A DNA stretch of 14,099 bases. Origin: an uncultured bacterium. GTDB lineage: Bacteria > Chloroflexota > UBA5177 > JANWHV01. Position numbers and translations under genes: made by a program. The notes under the pieces were generated by a model that did not search any database, was not told the origin of the DNA, and saw only the letters and a list, made by a program, of their open reading frames with translations. Below, one piece after another: positions 8,801 to 14,099 of the stretch (position 1 is its first letter; each line of letters opens with the position of its first letter). Location: assembly GCA_963827235.1 (NCBI GenBank), contig CAWHAE010000001.1, forward strand, positions 1-14,099, in the 5' to 3' direction.

Positions 8801-10335
8801 GCCAGCAAGGCGCCATCTGCAGCATGGCGTTCAGCCCGGACGGCAGAACCCTGGCCCTGGGCAGCAGCGACGGATCGCTCTGGCTGTGGGACGCGCCAAG
8901 GCGCCGGCCGATCGCCGGGCTGCTCGAAACCGCCGCCCTGGCTTCCGTCTCTTCGGTGACGTTCAGCCATGACGGCTCGATCCTGGCGTCGAACGCCAAC
9001 GGACGGCTGCAGCTCTGGGACGTGGCGCACCGGCGGCCCCTCGGCCAATCGCTCGCGCAAGGGCCGCAGGCCGTCTACAGCGTGGCGTTCAGCCATGATG
9101 GCGCCTTACTGGCGTCGGCCAGCACCGACGGCAGTATTCAGCTTTGGAGCATGCCGCGCGGGCAGCCCCTCGGCGCGCCGCTCGCGGGCCCTGCGGCCGG
9201 CATGGCGGCCGGCCTCAGCTACGGCAATGGCGTGACCGACCTGGCGTTCAGCCCGGATGACGGCCTGCTCGCCTCGGGCGGCCAGGCTGCCACGGTGAAC
9301 CTGTGGGATGTCTCCGCCGCTCACACCCTGGGTCTTCCCCTGCCCGGTAGCGCCAATCCCTCTGCCGGCGTCGCCTTGAGCCCGAACGGCTCGCTTGCAG
9401 CCTCTGCAGGAGCGAACAAGGCGATTCTCCTGTGGGATCTGGCCGGGCGCCGGCTGCGGTGCAACCCGCTGGCCGGCCACACCGACTACGTTAACAGCGT
9501 GGCCTTCAGCCCTGACGGCAGGATCCTGGCGTCCGGCGGCGACGACGCGACGATCAGACTGTGGGACACGGTCCGCTGCCGGCCTGTGGGCGCACCGCTC
9601 GCCGATCCGGCAGGGGCCGCCGTCGAGAGCCTGGCGTTCAGCGCCGGCGGCCCGATATTGGTCGCGGGCAACGCGGACGCGACTATCCGCTTGTGGGATC
9701 TGTCTCGGCGGCAGGTGATCGGCCAGCCGCTCGTTGGGCCCGCCGCGCGCGCATGGAGCGTGGCGATCAGCCGCGACGGCAGCATGGTGGCCAGCGGGAA
9801 CCTGGACGGCAGCGTGTGGCTCTGGCACCTGGGGAGCGGCGATCGCCGCGGAACGCTGCTGTCCGGGCACACAGGCGCCGTCTACAGTGTGACCTTCAGT
9901 CCAGACGGCCGCACGCTCGCCTCGGGCGGCGCCGATGGGACGATCCGCCTGTGGGACACGGCGGCGGCGCGCGCAATCGGCGCACCGCTGGTCGCCAACG
10001 CCGTGGTGCGCAGTGTCGCCTTCAGCCCAGACGGCGCGACACTAGCCTCGGCCGGCGACGACGAGGCCATCCGCCTGTGGGACGTGGCGACCCAGCTGGC
10101 GGTTGGCCCGGCGCTCACCGGGCACACGGGCGGTGTGTGGGGCGTGGCCTTTGGACCGGGCGGCAAGACGCTGGTGTCGGTTGGCACGGACCAGACACTC
10201 AGGCTCTGGACCATCGATCCCGCGGTGCTGGAGCAGCGTGTCTGCCAGGAGGCCGGGCGGAACCTTACTCTCGGCGAGTGGCAGCACTACCTGGGAGGCC
10301 TGCCGTATCAGAGGACATGCCCCGCCTATCCGTGA
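5899..10335 (+). CDS. XRE-HTH / TIR / nSTAND1 NTPase / transmembrane / WD40 protein (bacterial NLR-like receptor)
   Basis: 1478 aa from ATG 5899. XRE HTH: 'FGELLRRARVAAGLTQEALAERAGLSATAISALERG'. TIR at ~6241-6620 with 'SRYVADEL'. nSTAND1: 'NPYKGLRAF..FFGRE', Walker A GPSGSGKSS (from 6823), Walker B VVLVVDQFEE (from 7084), LRADFY, GALPLLQF, EVSHEALL. Hydrophobic helix 'LRVLAATLLVFLAVAAGLATVAI' at ~8089-8157. Then 14 WD40 repeats and a C-terminal 'C..AGRNLT..EW..Y....PY..TCP' cap. Confidence 0.93.
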   Translation: MVQAPSFGELLRRARVAAGLTQEALAERAGLSATAISALERGVRQTPQGETLRLLTDALALPDEERARLAAAARRLDARSGAVAATGSPASPVPGGLLPRGGDADTSPSEAEAPDVYLVHARADGALVARLGADLLAWGIRPWRATQELQPGTPGWELDARDAIRAARAVLYLGSPEARSSRYVADELRVAELYRRPIYPLWLAGEAWLECVPLGWGGMQYLDARGDGYAAALDEIVTLLRGGLPAEASRGAPPEGAAPGEPRNPYKGLRAFRAADAGDFFGRETAVAGLLAVLAGEKEQAPRCLAVVGPSGSGKSSLVLAGLLPRLQRGAVPGSAAWVYLPPLVPGAHPLEALSVALAAALPASPVQAIRADLEISARGLHLLGLRLAPVAGSRVVLVVDQFEELFTLTTDEAERQQFVDLLVTAATEPRGPVLVILTLRADFYDRPLAYPELAALLDGHTKTVLPMTPADLRAAIEGPAALPGVQLTFDADLVGDLLFEVRGQAGALPLLQFTLEQLVLRREGRRLTGAAYRALGGVRGTLARHAEAVYAALLSEEQRHLCRALFLRLVTPGAGEQETMRRRAALHELVLEDPARTRLLHETAEAFVAARLLSASEGEGGATIEVSHEALLREWERLGSWLQQAREDIRLQQAVGADAAEWERQGRGADYLYRGALLLEARDWAARNLPSASEAAFVAAGMATEAQRAAAERERQAHELALERRAASRLRVLAATLLVFLAVAAGLATVAINSASTARTSERQEAAAKATALARRDLALSTTLALQAVSHLDNQTTLALLLSVEANRLASTVEARGALLQSFQHQHNRLAAVLQGDPVGAMSVAFSPDGRRLSAVGFGGAVRQWDVASLRQQSPSVTARGVTSTLAAVTISAGGNLMAYSAGGAPVVWDLLHRYGVGDLSTGNPADAVTALAFNADGTILVAAYTPNAIRLWDVAHRRLIGTFIASQQGAICSMAFSPDGRTLALGSSDGSLWLWDAPRRRPIAGLLETAALASVSSVTFSHDGSILASNANGRLQLWDVAHRRPLGQSLAQGPQAVYSVAFSHDGALLASASTDGSIQLWSMPRGQPLGAPLAGPAAGMAAGLSYGNGVTDLAFSPDDGLLASGGQAATVNLWDVSAAHTLGLPLPGSANPSAGVALSPNGSLAASAGANKAILLWDLAGRRLRCNPLAGHTDYVNSVAFSPDGRILASGGDDATIRLWDTVRCRPVGAPLADPAGAAVESLAFSAGGPILVAGNADATIRLWDLSRRQVIGQPLVGPAARAWSVAISRDGSMVASGNLDGSVWLWHLGSGDRRGTLLSGHTGAVYSVTFSPDGRTLASGGADGTIRLWDTAAARAIGAPLVANAVVRSVAFSPDGATLASAGDDEAIRLWDVATQLAVGPALTGHTGGVWGVAFGPGGKTLVSVGTDQTLRLWTIDPAVLEQRVCQEAGRNLTLGEWQHYLGGLPYQRTCPAYP
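8386..10215 (+). repeat. 14 WD40 repeats (two 7-bladed beta-propellers)
   Basis: Fourteen ~42-aa units counted by eye, of type 'V.SVAFSPDG..LASGG.D.TIRLWD', within the NLR-like ORF. Confidence 0.85.
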
Positions 10336-10368
10336 TTGCGACACATGATTGGCAAGGGAGGACGAGAG

Positions 10369-11613
10369 ATGAGACGAAGCCTGTTCGCAGCCGTGGCTAT
10401 CGTGCTGGCCGTCCTGCCGCCCACGGGCGGCGCGCACGCGGTTTCTCAGCGTGCCGGCGCGACCATCATCGTGTGGGAAGACCTGAACTCCATTCCGGCG
10501 CTGGACGGCCTTGTCGCGCTGGCGGACAGGTGGGGCGCCGCAAACGGATTGAGCGTGAGGTTCGTCAGCTTCGGCCAGCCCGGGGGTGCCAACTGCATCG
10601 CCTGCCAGTTGTCGGCCAAGGCGAAGAGCAAAGACGGCCCAGACCTCATCTATGTTCCCGAGGATCAGCAGGGCAGCTACGCGGTAGCCAAGCTGATCGC
10701 GCCACGTCCGGCCGGCGTGCTCAGTGGGTCCGACCAAGCAAAGTACCAGCCATACGCGCTCGGCGTGACCCAGGTTGACGGCGTGCCGTACTCGATTCCA
10801 CACGACGAAGACGGCCTGCTGTTGTTCTACAACAAGCGGCTGGTGCACGATCCTCCCGCCACCTGGGCGCAACTGATCGCTACAGCCAGGAAGATGACGA
10901 AAGGCAACCAGTACGGCTTTCTCTACTGGATCACGGGCGGCCTGTACTACAATTTCTGGGCATACAGCGGCGACGGCGCCTACATCTTCGGGAGCAAGGG
11001 CGGGAAGGTGAACATCACGGACATCGGGCTCGACAATGCTGGCGCCGTAGAGGCCCTCACGTTCATCCAGTCGCTCACCGCCATCGTGCCGAAGAAGGCC
11101 GACTACACCTTTGTCACCACCGCATTCCAGTCCGGCAGGGCGGCGATGATCCTGGACGGCCCGTGGAATCTCGACTCCTATGCCGGGGCATTGGGATCGG
11201 ACCTGGGCGCCGCCAGCATCCCGGCCATGCCGGGCGGCAGCGTGAGCAGGCCCTTCGTGGGCATCCGCGTGTGGGCGGTCAACCGCTACAGCAAGCAGCA
11301 GGCCGCCGCCTGGGATCTTGCCCGATACCTGAGCCTGAACGGCCAGGCAATCACCGCCAGGTATGAGGATCGCCTGCCGACGCTCAAGGTCGCGCCCGGT
11401 TTCACGCCGAACGCGCTGCAGCTGGCTGCTGAGCGGCAATTCAGCGCGGGCATCCTGATGCCGAACACGCCGGCAATGTCCCAGGTCTGGGACCCAGAGG
11501 GCAACGCGATCAACCTCGTCCTGCAAGGGAAGGCGTCACCACGGCAGGCACTCGCGACGGCTCTCAAGCAGGTGCGCAAGGACATCGCCACGTACATGCC
11601 CACAAAGCGCTAG
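10369..11613 (+). CDS. extracellular solute-binding protein, maltose/maltodextrin/galacto-oligosaccharide (MalE/GanS-like) family
   Basis: ATG 10369 follows RBS AGGGAGGA; 414 aa. Sec signal 'MRRSLFAAVAIVLAVLPPTGGAHA'. Motifs are 'GPDL', 'DGVPYSIP', 'LFYNKRLV..PPATWAQL', 'FQSGRAAMILDGPW', 'PFVG' and 'MPNTPAMSQVW'. Confidence 0.9.
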   Translation: MRRSLFAAVAIVLAVLPPTGGAHAVSQRAGATIIVWEDLNSIPALDGLVALADRWGAANGLSVRFVSFGQPGGANCIACQLSAKAKSKDGPDLIYVPEDQQGSYAVAKLIAPRPAGVLSGSDQAKYQPYALGVTQVDGVPYSIPHDEDGLLLFYNKRLVHDPPATWAQLIATARKMTKGNQYGFLYWITGGLYYNFWAYSGDGAYIFGSKGGKVNITDIGLDNAGAVEALTFIQSLTAIVPKKADYTFVTTAFQSGRAAMILDGPWNLDSYAGALGSDLGAASIPAMPGGSVSRPFVGIRVWAVNRYSKQQAAAWDLARYLSLNGQAITARYEDRLPTLKVAPGFTPNALQLAAERQFSAGILMPNTPAMSQVWDPEGNAINLVLQGKASPRQALATALKQVRKDIATYMPTKR

Positions 11614-11644
11614 ATCCGACCACCCGAAAGCAGATCGCGGTTGC

Positions 11645-11670
11645 GAATCCAACTCTGGTGTGGTCCTACA
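11645..11670 (-). mobile_element. degenerate Tn7-like transposon end (second copy)
   Basis: The minus strand reads TGTAGGACCACACCAGAGTTGGATTC. It matches the 14080 motif at 16 of the first 22 positions with no gaps, in the same orientation, and lies at the boundary between intact genes and fragments. Confidence 0.4.
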
Positions 11671-11705
11671 TGGGTCATCCACGCGAACAGGGCTCATTAC
11701 GTGGC

Positions 11706-11927
11706 CATTACCTCGAGCCACGCCACGGGCTCAGCTTGGTCGTGCCGCACCGGGGGCAGCGTGCGGCCCTGCAGGAGGCCGTGCCGGCAGTTGCGGCGCG
11801 CGATCCCACCTCGCAGGCGATCAGGATTTCAGTCGTGGACACCGTGGAGCGGTTCCAGGGAGACGAGCGAGACGTAATCCTGGTGAGCGCGACGGAGAGC
11901 GATCGACGGCACGCCGCGCAATCATGA
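11706..11927 (+). pseudogene. fragment of SF1 (UPF1/DNA2-like, AAA_12) helicase C-terminal domain
   Basis: 'LVVPHRGQRAAL' and 'VDTVERFQGDERDVILVSATESD' are the SF1 motif IV/V region. There is no N-terminal P-loop domain, and the frame stops before motif VI (RLNVAxSRAK). Confidence 0.8.
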
Positions 11928-11945
11928 ACAGGGAGGCGGCAGACG

Positions 11946-12521
11946 ATGCAAACGGTAATCCGGCACGATGGCTCGAACGAGGTCGCGGCGCAGCAAGGCG
12001 CAGTGCCGAACGACGAGCTGATCGATCAGGTCCACCGCATGGGTCTGCACTACCTCGGCGGCGGCACGCGACGCCGCAGGCGCGCCTGGCCGACTACCGT
12101 GCTCCTGCACAGCCTTGCAGCAAGCGATGAGCCACGCCTGCAACTGGCAGTCGTGGCACTGCTCATGCAGCAGCCCGCGCTGGCCGCCGAAGCCCAGGCC
12201 GTGGCCAACCAGACCGACGAAGCCGTCCTCGCGCAGGTCCTGCGGACCAGCGTGCTTGCGGCTGCCGCGCTGCAGCGCATGTGGGCTCCCAGCCTCGACC
12301 TGTATCAACCAGGCTGGCAGGCGATTGACACCACTGTGCTGGCACGTGATCTCGACGTGCGCCCACCCGAGGACGATTTCGGACGGGCCACGCTGCGTGA
12401 CCTCGCCCGCCTGCTCGCCGCCGACGACCAACTCCCGCCCGACTACATCGGCGCGTGGGAAGATGTCGGGCGACACGTCATCGACGACCTTTGCGCAGCT
12501 GAGGCGACCCGTGCCTCGTGA
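11946..12521 (+). CDS. hypothetical alpha-helical protein, probable partner (antitoxin-like) of the downstream nucleotidyltransferase
   Basis: 191 aa with RBS GGGAGG at ~11930-11937. Its stop overlaps the start of the DUF6036-like gene. The partner role is inferred from this coupling. Confidence 0.65.
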   Translation: MQTVIRHDGSNEVAAQQGAVPNDELIDQVHRMGLHYLGGGTRRRRRAWPTTVLLHSLAASDEPRLQLAVVALLMQQPALAAEAQAVANQTDEAVLAQVLRTSVLAAAALQRMWAPSLDLYQPGWQAIDTTVLARDLDVRPPEDDFGRATLRDLARLLAADDQLPPDYIGAWEDVGRHVIDDLCAAEATRAS

Positions 12522-12822
12522 CGACGCCACCCGGACAAGCATTGCCGCCTTCCTCCGAGAACTGGGTCGCCGCTTTTCCGGCCGCGGGAGGCTGTACCTT
12601 GCGGGCGGCGCCTCGCTCGTCTACCAGGGGTTCCGGCCACACACGGTCGACATCGACTACCGACTGGAGCTCGATACTGGCGACGATAGCCAGTTCATCC
12701 AAGCGGTTCGCGCGGCGCAACGCATCGTACCGCTGAACGTGGAGCCTGCATCACCCGCCGACTTCGTCCCGCTCCCGGCGGGCTGGGTAGATAGTTGTTG
12801 TTTCCAGCCTGGCTGGCAGTAA
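12511..12822 (+). pseudogene. DUF6036/AbiEii-like nucleotidyltransferase, C-terminally truncated
   Basis: GTG 12511 follows GAGG. Sequence 'LYLAGGASLVYQGFRPHTVDIDY...NVEPASPADFVPLPAGW' carries the GG...R..T.D.D NTase motif. It is only 103 aa; resemblance ends near 12790 and the expected helical C-terminal half is absent. Confidence 0.7.
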
Positions 12823-13090
12823 CGATACAGTTCCCCACTCGATCAAATCGCGCTCGGCTGCAGCCGAGTATGACGCAGGCTTCCTGTGGCGAACACACAT
12901 CCTTCGTAATCTGCCCACATCGATCGGCAAGGCAGCGTTCGACAGCCTGTCGAGCGCACCGAATATCGCTCAGCCGCACGCTGCCACTGATTCTGAAGCA
13001 CACCAGACGGCCAGCCTGCACATCAAGCGTGAGATCGCTCAGATGTAACCGTCGGGCCGCTCGCAAGCGTAGTACTCCGACAAGCTCGAG
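12790..13090 (-). pseudogene. possible internal fragment of a protein with excisionase-like (HTH_17) repeats, e.g. a TniQ-family C-terminus
   Basis: The open frame has no credible start. It contains 'DVQAGRLVCFRISGSVRLSDIRCARQAVERCL' and 'SPQEACVILGCSRARFDR', which resemble MerR/Xis-type HTH wing and helix motifs. The resemblance is weak. Confidence 0.3.
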
Positions 13091-13091
13091 C

Positions 13092-13310
13092 TCAGAGTTG
13101 TTCTATGAACTCCTCGGCAGTGACACCTGCCTGCTTTAGGATGTCGTGCAAGGTGCCGACCGCGAGGTCGCGCCGGTGCAGAGGCACCACGGTCACAGCG
13201 GTACCGCGCCGCAGCACGACATGGCTGCCTCGCTGGCGTACCTGGTGAAAGCCCAGTTGTTCCAGCACCCGGACGGTGTGTGCACCGGAGATACGGGGAA
13301 GACTAGGCAC
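13092..13310 (-). CDS. hicA: HicA family toxin (mRNA interferase)
   Basis: GTG 13310 overlaps the hicB 3' end; 72 aa. Sequence 'LPRISG..VRVLEQLGF..VRQRGSHVVL...VVPLH..DLAVGTL.DILKQAG' includes the GSH catalytic motif. Confidence 0.93.
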   Translation of the reverse strand: MPSLPRISGAHTVRVLEQLGFHQVRQRGSHVVLRRGTAVTVVPLHRRDLAVGTLHDILKQAGVTAEEFIEQL

Positions 13311-13512
13311 TGGCAACCTCAAAGGTCGTCACCAGGGAGCGGTCAGAGAGCGGCGGCGACACTTCCTCCAAGTACAGCTCGGTCGCCTCGCGCAGATTGG
13401 CCACAGCCTCCTCAATCGTCTCACCCTGGCTCACGGTGCCCACCTCGGGACACTGTGCTACATAGAGGTCATCCTCTTTGTGCAAGACAGCAGTGAGTGT
13501 GTGTACTGCCAT
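13303..13512 (-). CDS. hicB: HicB family antitoxin (short, no DNA-binding domain)
   Basis: ATG 13512 with RBS GAGAGGAG 8 nt upstream; 69 aa. Sequence 'AVLHKEDDLYVAQCPEVGTVSQGETIEEAVANLREATELYLEE'. Confidence 0.93.
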   Translation of the reverse strand: MAVHTLTAVLHKEDDLYVAQCPEVGTVSQGETIEEAVANLREATELYLEEVSPPLSDRSLVTTFEVASA

Positions 13513-13534
13513 CAAGTTATCTCCTCTCAGCGCC

Positions 13535-13951
13535 TCACTCTACTACTTTGACTTTCTTCTCACCAAGCAGCGGCTCGACCTGCCGTCGCAGCCGGCCGAT
13601 CAGCGCCTCCAGGTCGTCGTCTCCTGCGATGCGAGCGCCACCGAGCAGCTCATGCCAGGTGACACGGGTTTCACCGCGTTCTGCAGTGCGCATGTGCCTC
13701 TGCTTGAGCTCTCGCAGCGCGATGGGAAGCTGCAGCTTGGCCGATTGCAGGGCAGTGAGCGCGTTGCGCGCCGTGATGGCCGTGAACGGCTGCATCTCCA
13801 AGCGCTTGCGCACCTCGCCAAGGTGGCCGACACGCGTCTGCGGCTCCCTGTCGAACTCTTCGTCGAGCGCGTTGGCTTCGCGGGCCCGGCGCGGAAGCTC
13901 GGGCTGCACGGCGGCCACGTCGGTTTCCGCCCGTGCCGGCGAGAGGCCCAA
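13535..13951 (-). pseudogene. C-terminal remnant of a large helical protein, BrxC (BREX ATPase)-like tail
   Basis: Ends 'RVTWHELLGGARIAGDDDLEALIGRLRRQVEPLLGEKKVKVVE*', resembling the 'I.s.edle..l..LR..l...L......i.e' terminus of BrxC-type proteins. An in-frame TGA at ~13985-13987 and the lack of a good RBS/start indicate the 5' part is gone. Confidence 0.45.
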
Positions 13952-14034
13952 GCCTGGGAAGGACGTCCGAAGCGGCCACGCGACTCATTCCCCTCCGAGC
14001 AGCCCGCTCTGCAGTCCGACCGGTTCATACGACC

Positions 14035-14080
14035 AGAACCAACTCCGTGTCGTGAGAACCAAGTCCCGTGTCGCCCCACA
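14035..14080 (-). mobile_element. candidate Tn7-family transposon end: TGT terminus plus two tandem TnsB-like sites
   Basis: The minus strand reads TGTGGGGC-GACACGGGACTTGGTTCT-CAC-GACACGGAGTTGGTTCT. On the + strand the direct repeats are AGAACCAACTCCGTGTCG (14035-14052) and AGAACCAAGTCCCGTGTCG (14055-14073). An 8-bp TGT terminus followed by GACA-starting repeats mirrors Tn7 ends (TGTGGGCG-GACA...). Confidence 0.6.
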
Positions 14081-14099
14081 ACACGTCAGCCAAGCTCCG

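Noticed and set aside
10042-11526. 494-aa antisense ORF
   Set aside because: Mirror of the WD40 end and the SBP gene, both of which have clear family motifs.
12115-12510. Upstream extension of the NTase ORF from 12115
   Set aside because: It overlaps the 191-aa gene out of frame. Family resemblance and an RBS begin only at GTG 12511.
14035-14073. Direct repeats as a CRISPR array
   Set aside because: Only two ~18-19-bp copies separated by 2 bp, with no spacers and no cas genes.

Overview
This GC-rich window, probably from Chloroflexota (inferred from gene style), has three blocks. (1) 1-4235 is the 3' part of a + strand operon that looks carbohydrate-catabolic: the tail of an upstream gene, an alpha/beta hydrolase, a divergent ribulose-phosphate 3-epimerase-family enzyme, a uronate-isomerase (UxaC)-like amidohydrolase and a UroD/MtaA-family protein. 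(2) 4298-11613 is a three-gene module. A secreted papain-like (C1A) cysteine protease is divergent from a 1478-aa XRE-HTH / TIR / nSTAND1 NTPase / TM / 14xWD40 NLR-like protein, across an intergenic region with 12-bp-period direct repeats. An orphan MalE-like sugar-binding protein follows 33 bp after the NLR-like gene. (3) 11614-14099 is a decayed mosaic of defence/TA pieces: an SF1 helicase fragment, a DUF6036-like nucleotidyltransferase pair with the second gene truncated, an HTH-like fragment, intact hicBA and a BrxC-like C-terminal remnant. This block is bracketed by two related, same-orientation TGT-terminated motifs (11670 and 14080) resembling Tn7-family transposon ends. All family calls come from motif recognition by eye; no searches were run.
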